NCBI GenBank assembly: GCA_963663765.2
Contig: CAXXUA010000005.1
Coordinates: 96,001-160,000, forward strand
Origin: Candidatus Poribacteria bacterium
Lineage (GTDB): Bacteria > Poribacteria > WGA-4E > WGA-3G
Direction of reading: 5' to 3'
Length of the DNA stretch: 64,000 nucleotides
The notes under the pieces are model-generated. The model ran no database searches. It saw only the letters and a list, made by a program, of their open reading frames with translations, and had not been told where the DNA came from. How positions within the stretch are numbered: the first letter of the stretch is position 1; every line of letters begins with the position of its first letter. A program made the position numbers and the translations under genes. Positions 1 to 10,322 of this stretch are shown in pieces.

Positions 1-444
1 TAATGACTCAAAGGATGGATAGTTTTCAAAACGAGAAATAGCCTCCATACGAAAAGCGTATGGAGATGCCTTTTGAAACACAAGATTAAATTCTACAAAG
101 GTGAACTTCTTATTAGAATCTCTAAATTTGCCGAACTTTTTTTCTTCTTCAATATGTCTCAAAATATCCTTCCGGAGTCCCTCCGGATTATCGCTTTTCG
201 GCGGATTCTCACGCAGCTGCCTTTCATAATCTTTTATTAAAAATTGATTTGAATTCCTGATTTCAGGAAAATGTTCATAGTAGAGAAATTTCATTTCTCC
301 ATCTTGTATCAGAGTTTTCGAATAATTTAACAATTGTATTAGATCTTTCGCATCCACTTGATTCTCCTGTTCTGAAAAAGATTCTTCTATACTTAGACCA
401 CAGAACATAAGCACTATTGAAAAAAGAAAGATATAAATTCTCAT
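1..444 (-). CDS. Secreted hypothetical protein, 3' end outside the window
   Basis: Not in the ORF track. ATG at 444 follows AGAAGGAAG. Frame is open to position 1: MRIYIFLFSIVLMFCGLSIEESFSEQENQVDAKDLIQLLNYSKTLIQDGEMKF... with a signal-peptide-like N-terminus. Confidence 0.75.
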   Translation of the reverse strand, partial: MRIYIFLFSIVLMFCGLSIEESFSEQENQVDAKDLIQLLNYSKTLIQDGEMKFLYYEHFPEIRNSNQFLIKDYERQLRENPPKSDNPEGLRKDILRHIEEEKKFGKFRDSNKKFTFVEFNLVFQKASPYAFRMEAISRFENYPSFESL

Positions 445-737
445 TAAACTTCCTTCTATAAACTAAAACTGGGTTTAAGAATAAAGATGATTGGAGAACT
501 CCTATGGTATAATGAAGTACAACCATTTTCCAAACGGAGTTCTCCATGGATAGTATAAAACTATTAGTATAAAACTATTTTACGGTACTGATAACTTCCT
601 AATCCATTTTGAATTCCGAATGAAAGTCAAAATATTTCCACTTGTGAAGGATAATTTATTCGCATACGCAAACTGCGGACACATTACTGTAAAAAAAGTT
701 TTGCAGAAGTACGACACAGCACTTCTACATAAAGTTT

Positions 738-1013
738 TTACGTAAAATCTTCCTGATGATAACAATCTTTGAAATTCTCTGTAGATCCACCTGTAGATAG
801 CTCACTGCATTTCCCCTTTTTGGGATAACCTCCATCTGGATTAGCGGGAACCCAATAACAGTCTATCGTGCCAATCACCTCGTCCGTGCCAGGAGTCATA
901 AAACACAAATACCCTATACCCTCTTTATCACAATTGCCAGACTTTACAGATTTATATAAGCTTTTGCTGTCACACTCATCCTCGTCATAATTACTACATC
1001 CTCCTATGACCAC
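738..1013 (-). CDS. Small Cys-rich hypothetical protein, probably 5'-truncated
   Basis: 91 aa with 7 Cys and protein-like composition. No SD. The upstream frame closes in a poly-A run next to a MITE at 1050. Confidence 0.45.
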   Translation of the reverse strand: MVIGGCSNYDEDECDSKSLYKSVKSGNCDKEGIGYLCFMTPGTDEVIGTIDCYWVPANPDGGYPKKGKCSELSTGGSTENFKDCYHQEDFT

Positions 1014-1049
1014 ATTTTCCCCATCCTTGTAATTTTTTTTTTAATTTGG

Positions 1050-1171
1050 CAGGACTTACGCACCCAACGGTAGGCGTGCTTTGTAAGCGCGCTGGAAGCA
1101 CAAATAATGTTGAAAATTACATCATTTTCATCACAATTCTTGATTAAATCATGAAAACTGCGTAAGTCCTA
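1050..1171. mobile_element. MITE family A (TIR CAGGACTTACGCA), empty allele
   Basis: CAGGACTTACGCA...TGCGTAAGTCCTA, flanked by a TTTGG duplication. Near-identical shell at 15629-15845. Confidence 0.85.
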
Positions 1172-1444
1172 TTTGGTACACAATTTGTCAGTATGTGGCG
1201 CACTGAATATAGTAAGGGAATTAGTCGTTTTGGGATTAAGAATCTCGCCAGAAATTTATTAAGATGAATTCTATAACAGATCAACAAGGGACTATATCCC
1301 GACAGAAGTTATTCAGAAATATTCAGATCGTATAAAAACTCTAAACGAGTTTATAGAAATGCTAACGTTTACTCTTGAATAGTATAAAACTCATGGCATA
1401 GCATAAGGATTCGCCACATTAAAGCATCAAATCTTATATCAAAA

Positions 1445-2589
1445 TTACTTTCTCTTGAAACTTACACTTTCATTGACAAACTTATCAAAGATGTCAATGC
1501 TCCTATAGTTATACTTATAGCACGCCTCTGCCAGATACCTTACTATTACCCATAAGTGGAATTGGAGGGACAAAGGCTCGACATGCTGCTGTAGGAGGAG
1601 TTTCTAACCCCGATAGAGGACAGAAAACTGGTCATAAGAACTAAAAAACCTTGTGAAATTAGTCTAAAAGGCCTATAAAGGTATCCTACATCTAAAATAT
1701 TGGTCAGTTTTCAGGCGTTTTTGAGCAACAGGCACCTACAAAAGACTTAACGGACTATACCCAAAAACTTATGGGTAATAGTAAGGCCAGATACATGGGC
1801 GTATATCCAGTTGAATAGTGATGGTGACTACCATACCAAGCGCGTTTGACAAATGACCAAAATCCTTCAATCTTGTTCGTATGAAGTTCACCTGCTTCCC
1901 ATTGTTCACTTCGGTTCAGAGTTTCGTGTTCCATCTCTTTCCCAATGATATTATATCCTGTAAATTGATCCGTATAGAGTGTTGCATTTTCCGTATCCAC
2001 ATTTTCGCGTATAAAGTTCGCAATCGTTTCACCAGAGATGTCAGGTATCATTTCAGCAACAACGTGTCCATTGCGTGCTACCGCACACCGATAACAGCGT
2101 CTTTCATTGTGCCACGACCGCGTTTACGGGGTTCATCTGCGTCTCGGTCGTAATCCTTCTTGCGCTTTCCCCGATGTAAGTTTCATCAGCTTCAACGATA
2201 CCTTCTAATAACGATGAATTTTTTGCCATCTCTACACGTATCTTCATCATTATACGCCATGCAGCACGTTGCTGCAAACCTAAATCGCGTGCAAGTTGGC
2301 AACTTGATAAACTTTTCTTTGCATTTGCCATCAGCACAATCGCTAAAAACCACAACTGCAGCGGTATCTTTGTGCCTTGAAAGATTGTACCACTGGTCAC
2401 TTTGAACGATGCTCCACAATCCCCGCAGTGCCAGCGTCCAATGCGTCCTGTGCCGCTCTCATTTTTGCGTTTTAGGTGTTTACCTTCACACTTCGGACAT
2501 CTGGACTTATTTCCCCACCGTATCCCCTCAAGATGTTCAGTACACGCCCCTTGATTAGGGAATCGTTCCATTACTTTGATCAAATCCAT
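1445..2589 (-). pseudogene. IS1595-family (ISXO2-like DDE) transposase pseudogene
   Basis: Zn ribbon CPKC..CGDC, EADETYIG, LYTDQ and NKIEGFWSFVKR motifs. Frameshifts near 2170 and 2085. The C-terminus YLA|EACYKYNYRSIDIFDKFVNESVSFKRK* resumes after the MITE at 1539-1785. Confidence 0.9.
1539..1785. mobile_element. 247-bp MITE inside the IS1595 transposase
   Basis: Perfect 19-bp TIR CTTACTATTACCCATAAGT. 9-bp TSD GCCAGATAC at 1530-1538 and 1786-1794. Carries a GTAG REP at 1591-1614. Confidence 0.9.
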
Positions 2590-2606
2590 CAGATACTCCT
2601 ATTGAT

Positions 2607-3116
2607 GGGTGTCTAAAGTTTTTGCACAGAGGTACAAACTTTTGTTCTCTTTAGTCCCGTAGGGACGCAATGTTTATAGATAGGTGTAATCACCCTCTCT
2701 TGAGTTCCGTAGGAACGACATAGAAGAATAAACATATCGTCCCTACGGGACTAAAGAACTGGGAAGGGTACTTGTTTTCTATAAACATATCGTCCCTACG
2801 GGACTGAAGAGTATGGTTGATATTAACAATATTTCCTTATATTGACACCTATGGGTCTCTGTGCCCGCAATCTCTCATTTAATCAGTTGCGGCGGGGTAC
2901 AGAGACCCCATAGGTGTCAACTTAAGGATTTTACCTCTTGTGGGAGGGGTTTGCAACCCCGAATTTATGCGCTTTTCCGCTCAAATCGGGGTTAAAAACC
3001 CCTCCCACAAGAGAAATGCAAACAATATTTTCTTAAGTTGACACCTATGCGGCGGGGTACAGAGACCCCGCTCTACAATGGAGAATGTGCAGTTTGTGCA
3101 AAAACTTTACACACCC
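2607..3116. mobile_element. Composite nested MITE/REPIN cluster
   Basis: Outer 24-bp TIR GGGTGTCTAAAGTTTTTGCACAGA / TTTGTGCAAAAACTTTACACACCC (2 mismatches). Inner ATAGGTGTCAACTTAAG...CTTAAGTTGACACCTAT element and several REP pairs. Confidence 0.8.
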
Positions 3117-3133
3117 ACACACCCCTATAGATG

Positions 3134-3162
3134 TTGACACCCTACCTAATCTTTGGTATACT
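3134..3162 (+). promoter_or_regulatory. Sigma70-type promoter of the WD40 cluster
   Basis: TTGACA-N17-TATACT with extended TG. Confidence 0.7.
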
Positions 3163-3230
3163 TTTAAAATACGACAAAGCTTAAAGCATTACAAAAAATG
3201 TGCAGAAAGAATTGAAGGAGAGACTGGACT

Positions 3231-5303
3231 ATGAAGACGAAATCATTTTTGCTTTTCATCCTTTCAATTGCGATACTTGCATTCACCCCATATATTCTTG
3301 CGCAAGAGTCCCCCCAATGGCATCTACCGGAAGGTGCAAAAATGCGCATCGGAAAAGGTAAGATAAATGATATAGCATATTCTGCGGACGGTATGCGTTT
3401 GGCAGTAGCGAGTTCCATCGGAATTTGGTTCTACGATGTGCTGACTGGTAAAGAAGTTGACCTACTCATAGGACATACAGATGAAGTCAGAAGTGTATCT
3501 ATCAGTCCAGATGGGGAAAAAATTGCAAGTGGTAGTGCTGACGGTACTATCCGTCTGTGGGATGCAGACACTGGAGACCATATACACACGATAAAAGCAC
3601 ATACGAGTTCTGTATATAAGGTTGAGTTTAGTCCAGATAGTAAGACAATCGGAAGTGGTGGCGTGGGCAGTTATACCTATCTTTGGGATGCAGACACAGG
3701 AAAACTGCTTCACAGGTTCACTCTGCGTACAAATCAACTTAGATACACATTTGCCCATCCTTGGGTCGGAAGTATGGCTTTCAGTTCGGATGGAAAGATT
3801 ATCGCAAGTGGTGGTTCCCACTCAACTGTTCGTCTGTGGAATGTAGAAACAGGACAATCGGTCCACACGCTTACAGGACACTTCTATTGGATAGAAAGTG
3901 TCACATTTAGTCCAGATGGTAAGACACTTGCAAGTTGTGATGGTTTCGGTACCATTCTACTGTGGGATGTTGACACAGGAAAGCACTTTCGTACTCTTGC
4001 TCTTAAAACAAATCAACACGGGTCAGAGGCACGAAAGGTGGTGTTCAGTCCAGATGGAAATACCCTAATAAGTGGTGGTTCAAACGGTATCATCCGACTA
4101 TGGGACATTAAAACGGGAGAATCACTTCGAACGCTTACAGAACATACGTCAGCGGTTATTAGCGTGGTTTTTAGCCCAGATGGAAAAACAATCGCAACTG
4201 GGAGTGTTGACGGGATCATTCGCATGTGGAATGTAGATACTGAACAGTACTTCCGCATACTTACAGGACACACACCATGGGTCTTTAGTGTAGTTTTTAG
4301 CCCAGATGGAAAAACAATCGCAACTGGAAATAGTGTTGGTATTATCCCTTTGTGGAATGTGGGTACAGGAGAACACTTACACACATTCACAGGACATACA
4401 AGAGAAGTCAGAAGTGTAGTGTTCAGCCAGGATGGAAAAACAATCGTAAGCGGAAGCATAGATGAGACCATTCGTCTTTGGGATGTGGATATAGGACAGT
4501 CCTTCCGCATTCTCAAAGTGCCTACGCGGTGGGCTTTTAGCGTTGCGCTCAGTCCAGATTCAAAAGTAATCGCAAGTAGCAGCGGTTTAGGTACTATTCA
4601 TTTTTGGGACGTTGTCAAAGGACACCATATCCGCACACTCACAGGGCACAAGTCAAATGTCAATAGTGTTGTGTTTAGTCCAGATGGAAAAACAATCGCA
4701 AGTGGAGGTGATGATACAACCGTTCGTCTGTGGGATGTGAACACAGGACAATATATCCACATTTTCAATGGACATACGAGTTATGTCACCAGCGTAGCGT
4801 TTAGTCCGGACGGAAAAACAATCGCAAGTGGGAGTTGGGATAAGACTATCCGTCTATCGGACACAGAAACAAGACAACACTTACGGACACTTACAGGAGA
4901 TACGGATTGGGTTGAAAGCGTAGCGTTTAGTCCGGATGGGAAGAATATCGCAAGTGGTAGCAGGGATAAGACCTTCCATCTTTGGGATATGGAAACAGGA
5001 CTACATCTCCGCACATTCAAAGGACATAAGGGGCGGGTTGGAAGCGTAGTATTTAGTCCAGATGGTAATACACTTGCAAGTGGCAGCGGTGACGGTACGG
5101 TGCTACTGTGGGATATTACACCATCACAATTACCCGAAGATGTTAATAAAGACGGTATTGTGAACATTCAGGATTTGGTTATGGTTGCGAATGCTTTTGG
5201 CGAAGCGGCACCTGATCTTAACGGGGATGGTGTTGTTAATATACAGGACTTGGTAATTGTAGCAACGGCATTTGGTAATACAGCTTCCATCACAGATGAA
5301 TAG
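3231..5303 (+). CDS. Secreted WD40-repeat protein with C-terminal dockerin-like domain
   Basis: Signal peptide, about 14 GH...FSPDG..IASGS.D.TIRLWD repeats, duplicated DVNKDGIVNIQDLV motif. Confidence 0.93.
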   Translation: MKTKSFLLFILSIAILAFTPYILAQESPQWHLPEGAKMRIGKGKINDIAYSADGMRLAVASSIGIWFYDVLTGKEVDLLIGHTDEVRSVSISPDGEKIASGSADGTIRLWDADTGDHIHTIKAHTSSVYKVEFSPDSKTIGSGGVGSYTYLWDADTGKLLHRFTLRTNQLRYTFAHPWVGSMAFSSDGKIIASGGSHSTVRLWNVETGQSVHTLTGHFYWIESVTFSPDGKTLASCDGFGTILLWDVDTGKHFRTLALKTNQHGSEARKVVFSPDGNTLISGGSNGIIRLWDIKTGESLRTLTEHTSAVISVVFSPDGKTIATGSVDGIIRMWNVDTEQYFRILTGHTPWVFSVVFSPDGKTIATGNSVGIIPLWNVGTGEHLHTFTGHTREVRSVVFSQDGKTIVSGSIDETIRLWDVDIGQSFRILKVPTRWAFSVALSPDSKVIASSSGLGTIHFWDVVKGHHIRTLTGHKSNVNSVVFSPDGKTIASGGDDTTVRLWDVNTGQYIHIFNGHTSYVTSVAFSPDGKTIASGSWDKTIRLSDTETRQHLRTLTGDTDWVESVAFSPDGKNIASGSRDKTFHLWDMETGLHLRTFKGHKGRVGSVVFSPDGNTLASGSGDGTVLLWDITPSQLPEDVNKDGIVNIQDLVMVANAFGEAAPDLNGDGVVNIQDLVIVATAFGNTASITDE

Positions 5304-5347
5304 CTACCTAATCTATAGCTTATGACTATAAGAGAAAGGAAAAAACA

Positions 5348-7390
5348 ATGAAGATTAAGTCATCTTTGATTATTTCCCTTTTGTTTGCAATACTTGCTTT
5401 CGTTACAACCACTATTGCACAAGATTCGACACAGTGGCAACTACCAATAGGTGCGAAAATGCGCCTCGGTAAAGGTATATTAAAGGATGTAGAATATTCT
5501 CCAGATGGCACACGTTTAGCAGTGACAAGTTCATTAGGTATTTGGTTCTATGACGCTCACACTGGAAGAGAACTATATCTGATTACTGAACATATAGGTG
5601 CGGTCAATAGTGTCGCGTTTAGTCCGATTGATAAAATATTCGCAAGTGGCGGCAGCGATGGTACTATCCGTCTGTGGGGAATAGAAACAGGAAAACATAT
5701 TCGTACTATCAGAGCACATTGGTATGGAATTAGTAACGTTGCGTTTAGTCCAGATGGAAAAACTATCGCAAGTGTTAGTTCGAATGACTCCATCCGTCTG
5801 TGGGATGCAGACACAGGACAACACATACGAGCTTTTACAGGTTCTACGTCTGGCAGCTTCAAAGTTGTTTTTAGTCCAGATGGAAAAACTATCGCAAGTC
5901 GGGAAGCACACGGTGTGATCTGTCTATGGAATGTGGACTTAGGTGAAAAAATACACACTCTCAAAGCACATCCGTATTGGGTCAGTAATGTTGTGTTTAG
6001 TCCAGACGGTAATGCTGTCGTAAGTAGTGGTTCAGATGATGCCATCCGTTTTTGGGATGTTGATACAGGAGAAAATATCCGTACGATAAATGTCTCAAGT
6101 AATGGTGGCGTTATTGTTAAATTAAGTCCGGATGGAAAGACAATCGCATACGGTATGGGTTATAATATTAACCTATTGGATGTGGAAACAGGACAACACA
6201 TCCGTAAACTGATTGGACATACGTATTATGTCAGAAAGATCGTGTTCAGTCCAGATGGAAAAAAAATCGCAAGTAGCAGTTTGGACAACACTGTCCGTCT
6301 GTGGGTTGCAAACACTGGACAAAACCCTTTGACAATAACGGGGTACACCTCAGACATGCTTACCATAGCCTTCAGTCCAGATGGAAGAATCTTGGCAAGT
6401 GGCAGTATTTCTGGGAACATCCATCTGTGGGATGCGGATACAGGAAAAGAAATTCGCTCATTCAGGTCGCATGTGGACCAAGTCAATAGCGTGGCGTTTA
6501 GTCCAGACGGGAAGATTCTTGCAAGTGGCAGTGCGGACAATTCGATCCACCAATGGGATGTGGACTCAGGACAATACCTCCGCACACTATTAGGACACAT
6601 TTCATGGAACAATGGCAGTAGGCGCAAGTATCAGGCAAATAGCATCGTTTTTAGTCCGGATGGAAAAATGATCGCATGCGGTATTGGAGATAACACCGTC
6701 CATCTGTGGGTTGCAGACACTGGTCAACACATCCGCACTTTCACTGGGCATACCGCTGCAGTCAATAGTGTAGCATTCAGTCCTGATAGCATGATAATCG
6801 CAAGCGGGAGTGATGATAAGACCGTCTGTTTGTGGAATGTGCAAACAGGAGAACAAATCCTTAAATTTTCAGAGCACACGTCAGATGTCCTCAGCGTTGT
6901 ATTCAGTCCGAATGGTAAGCTAATCGCAAGCGGGAGTGATGACAAAACCTTCCGCTTGTTGAATGTGGGCTCTGGAAAACCCCATCTACATACGCCCATA
7001 GGACATGCGTACCGAGTCAATAGCGTCGCATTTAGTCCGGATGGGTACAAAATCGCAAGTGGCACTTCAGATGGGAACATTCGTCTCTGGGTTGTGAACA
7101 CAGGTCAATACATCCGAATCCTCACAGGACACACGTCTGATGTCCAAAGTGTAGCATTCAGCACAGATGGCAAGACACTTGCAAGCGGAAGCAAAGATGG
7201 TACAGTGCTACTTTGGGATATTGTACCTTCTCATCTGCCCGAAGATGTCAATCAAGACGGTGTTGTCAATATATTAGATCTAACTCATGTTGCCTCACAC
7301 TTCGGTGAGTATGGTCAAATCCATTTAGATGTCAATGGAGATGGAATAGTCAATATTTTAGATTTGGTACAAGTCGCAGCGGCTTTTTGA
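5348..7390 (+). CDS. Secreted WD40-repeat protein with C-terminal dockerin-like domain (paralog 2)
   Basis: Same architecture; DVNQDGVVNILDL-type motif twice. Confidence 0.93.
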   Translation: MKIKSSLIISLLFAILAFVTTTIAQDSTQWQLPIGAKMRLGKGILKDVEYSPDGTRLAVTSSLGIWFYDAHTGRELYLITEHIGAVNSVAFSPIDKIFASGGSDGTIRLWGIETGKHIRTIRAHWYGISNVAFSPDGKTIASVSSNDSIRLWDADTGQHIRAFTGSTSGSFKVVFSPDGKTIASREAHGVICLWNVDLGEKIHTLKAHPYWVSNVVFSPDGNAVVSSGSDDAIRFWDVDTGENIRTINVSSNGGVIVKLSPDGKTIAYGMGYNINLLDVETGQHIRKLIGHTYYVRKIVFSPDGKKIASSSLDNTVRLWVANTGQNPLTITGYTSDMLTIAFSPDGRILASGSISGNIHLWDADTGKEIRSFRSHVDQVNSVAFSPDGKILASGSADNSIHQWDVDSGQYLRTLLGHISWNNGSRRKYQANSIVFSPDGKMIACGIGDNTVHLWVADTGQHIRTFTGHTAAVNSVAFSPDSMIIASGSDDKTVCLWNVQTGEQILKFSEHTSDVLSVVFSPNGKLIASGSDDKTFRLLNVGSGKPHLHTPIGHAYRVNSVAFSPDGYKIASGTSDGNIRLWVVNTGQYIRILTGHTSDVQSVAFSTDGKTLASGSKDGTVLLWDIVPSHLPEDVNQDGVVNILDLTHVASHFGEYGQIHLDVNGDGIVNILDLVQVAAAF

Positions 7391-7490
7391 AATCATACAT
7401 CCCATAATAATGTTGATATCCGTAACAATGTCGCTTATCTGACATACCCTTACGTATGAAGAAATACTACATGTATGAAGAAATACTACA

Positions 7491-9503
7491 ATGAAAACTA
7501 AATTATTAATGATTATAACCATTTTATTCTCGATGTTTGCATCTTCGTTTAACATCTCTGCCCAAGATTCTCCGCAATGGAATCTACCAGAAGGTGTAAA
7601 AATGCGCATTGGTAAGGGGCAAACGAATGATATAGATTATTCTCCGGATGGTACATTTTTAGCAGTAGCAAGTTCTATCGGAATTTGGTTCTACGATACA
7701 CAGACTGGTGAGGAACTGGACCTGCTCACAAGTCATAGATCTAAAGTTTTGAGTATTATGTTTAGTCCGGATGGAAAAACTATCGTAGGTGGTTACGAAG
7801 ACAGCACTATCCATCTATGGGATGTGAAAACAAGGCAACATTTACGCACAATCACAGGACATAGGTATCGGGTCAAAAGTATCGTATTCCATCCAGATGG
7901 GAAGATACTTGCAAGTGCCAGTGATGATGGCACAATACGCTTCTGGGATGTGGAAACTGGAATACACCTACGCACAATTACAGGACATAGTAGAGTTATT
8001 AGCATAGTTTTTAGTCCCGATGGAAAAACTATCGCAAGTAGCAGTGAAGGAAACACCATCTATCTGTGGGATGTAAAAACAGGAAAACACCTACAGACAA
8101 TTACAGAATATCGAAATTGGATTACTTCCGTTATGTTCAGTCCAAATGGAAAGACTATAGTCAGTTGTGCTGGCAACATTCACTTGTGGGATGTGGAAAC
8201 TGGGGAAAACATTCTAACTATCACAGAACATCCAAGTTTGAGTGTTGCATTTAGTCCGGATGGAAAGACTATCGCAAGTGGTGGCGGTAATACCATCAAA
8301 CTGTGGGATGCGGAAACTGGTCAAAAGACTCAAATAATCACAGGACATACAGAGTCAATCAATAGTGTAGTATTCAGTCCGGATGGAAAGACCATTGCAA
8401 GCGGAAGTCTTAGGGAGGGTACTATCCGTCTGTGGGATGCTATCACAGGAGATAACATCCACACAATCACAGGACACATGATTGTAACATCTACTGTAGT
8501 ATTCAGTCCGGATGGAAAGACTATAGCAAGTATTAATTCACCCGGTGCCATTCGTCTGTGGGATGCGGATACTGGAAGATTCCTCCAGACACTTGCACAA
8601 CATTCAAGTTCTGCCAATAGCGTCCTGTTTAGTTCAGATGGAAAAACTGTCCTTAGTGGAAGTGGTCGGGATGGCACCGTCCGTTTATGGGATGTGGAAA
8701 CAGGAAAACTACTACGCACAACCACTACGAATACTCAACAAGTACAAAATGTGGTACTAAGTCCAGATGGAAAAGTATTTGCAAATGGGAATAGTAGAGA
8801 TGGCATCATTCATCTATTGGATATGGAAACTGGAAAACTACTGCGTACAATCACAACCAACACAATATGGGTCAATAACATAGTGTTTAGTCCGAATGGA
8901 AAAACCATCGCAAGTGAAGGTTCTGGCAGCCCTATACATCTATGGGATGTGGAAACTGGAAATTTAGTAGGTACATTTACAGGAAGTAGTCATTTGTTGG
9001 TCAGATCTATAGTGTTCAGTCCAAATGGAAAAATTATGGCAAGTGGTAATTCCGATAGTACCACCCGTCTGTGGGATGTAGAAACAGGAAAAAATCTCCT
9101 TATCCTCACATGGCATAGGTCAGGTGTAAAAAGTGTTGGGTTCAGTCCGGATGGGAAAATCATAGCAAGCGGCGGTCATTTTGATGGTTCTATCCGTATG
9201 TGGAATGCGGAAACTGGGCACCACCTACGCGTACTTGAAGGACACACGTCAAGTGTTGAAAGTATCGTATTCAGTCCGGATGGAAACACACTGGCAAGCG
9301 GCAGCAGCGATGGAACGATACTCCTATGGGATAATTCAACCACCCACTTATCCGAAGATGTCAATCAGGATGGTGTTGTTAATATATTAGATCTGACTCA
9401 TGTTGCTTCAAACTTCGGTAAGGATGGACAAAACGGCGCGGATGTCAACGGTGATGGGACGGTAGATATATTAGACTTGGTGCAGGTCGCTGCGGCATTT
9501 TGA
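7491..9503 (+). CDS. Secreted WD40-repeat protein with C-terminal dockerin-like domain (paralog 3)
   Basis: Same architecture; dockerin DNA is very similar to paralog 2. Confidence 0.93.
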   Translation: MKTKLLMIITILFSMFASSFNISAQDSPQWNLPEGVKMRIGKGQTNDIDYSPDGTFLAVASSIGIWFYDTQTGEELDLLTSHRSKVLSIMFSPDGKTIVGGYEDSTIHLWDVKTRQHLRTITGHRYRVKSIVFHPDGKILASASDDGTIRFWDVETGIHLRTITGHSRVISIVFSPDGKTIASSSEGNTIYLWDVKTGKHLQTITEYRNWITSVMFSPNGKTIVSCAGNIHLWDVETGENILTITEHPSLSVAFSPDGKTIASGGGNTIKLWDAETGQKTQIITGHTESINSVVFSPDGKTIASGSLREGTIRLWDAITGDNIHTITGHMIVTSTVVFSPDGKTIASINSPGAIRLWDADTGRFLQTLAQHSSSANSVLFSSDGKTVLSGSGRDGTVRLWDVETGKLLRTTTTNTQQVQNVVLSPDGKVFANGNSRDGIIHLLDMETGKLLRTITTNTIWVNNIVFSPNGKTIASEGSGSPIHLWDVETGNLVGTFTGSSHLLVRSIVFSPNGKIMASGNSDSTTRLWDVETGKNLLILTWHRSGVKSVGFSPDGKIIASGGHFDGSIRMWNAETGHHLRVLEGHTSSVESIVFSPDGNTLASGSSDGTILLWDNSTTHLSEDVNQDGVVNILDLTHVASNFGKDGQNGADVNGDGTVDILDLVQVAAAF

Positions 9504-9546
9504 TTCACAAACTCTTGAGTCATAAGGAACCCATACAAAACAGAAA

Positions 9547-9568
9547 GGACAGGTATATACACCTGTCC
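9547..9568 (-). terminator. Intrinsic terminator between convergent glnB and WD40 genes
   Basis: GGACAGGT-atatac-ACCTGTCC hairpin with a U-rich tail on the minus strand. Confidence 0.65.
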
Positions 9569-9603
9569 CAACCATTTATTCAAACGCATGACAAAGATAC
9601 AGA

Positions 9604-10014
<411 letters not shown>

Positions 10015-10202
10015 TTATATTGTTTTATGGACGGATCTGAAATTCGCCCTTATATAAGAACTGAGGCATCAACTAAACCACAATGATCATCAATACTAAG
10101 ATCGTGTGAAGCAGAACCCCGCGCTGGAAATAGTATTTCAAAAACACACGTTTATGCAATGCTTCAGTACGGGGTTCATAAACCAAAATAATTGGGTCCT
10201 AA

Positions 10203-10319
10203 CAGGACTTATGCAATTTACAGCACTTATTAAGTTCTCAGCGCGCTTACAAAGCGCCAAATCAACGGTATGAATACCATTTAGGTATTCCCCGCCTACC
10301 GTTTAGTGCGTAAGTCATG
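10203..10319. mobile_element. MITE family A at the glnA stop codon, carrying a 36-bp micro-element
   Basis: CAGGACTTATGCA...TGCGTAAGTCATG. GTCCTAA duplicated at 10196-10202 and 10320-10326. Confidence 0.8.
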
Positions 10320-10322
10320 GTC

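Noticed and set aside
275-765. Track ORFs 275-547 and 580-765
   Set aside because: The first overlaps the better ORF 1-444 in another frame. Neither has a recognisable motif.
1172-1382. Plus-strand gene-like remnant with an internal TAA
   Set aside because: Too short and unrecognisable to support a call.
7388-9503. TGA stops of WD40 paralogs 2 and 3 at a position that is Gly in paralog 1 (AF*N versus AFGN)
   Set aside because: The downstream frames close quickly, there is no Cys context or SECIS-like hairpin, and long genes have no internal TGAs. This is not Sec or UGA=Gly recoding; at most an old truncation.
3231-9503. Diversity-generating retroelement acting on the WD40 repeats
   Set aside because: No reverse transcriptase and no adenine-specific TR/VR pair seen.
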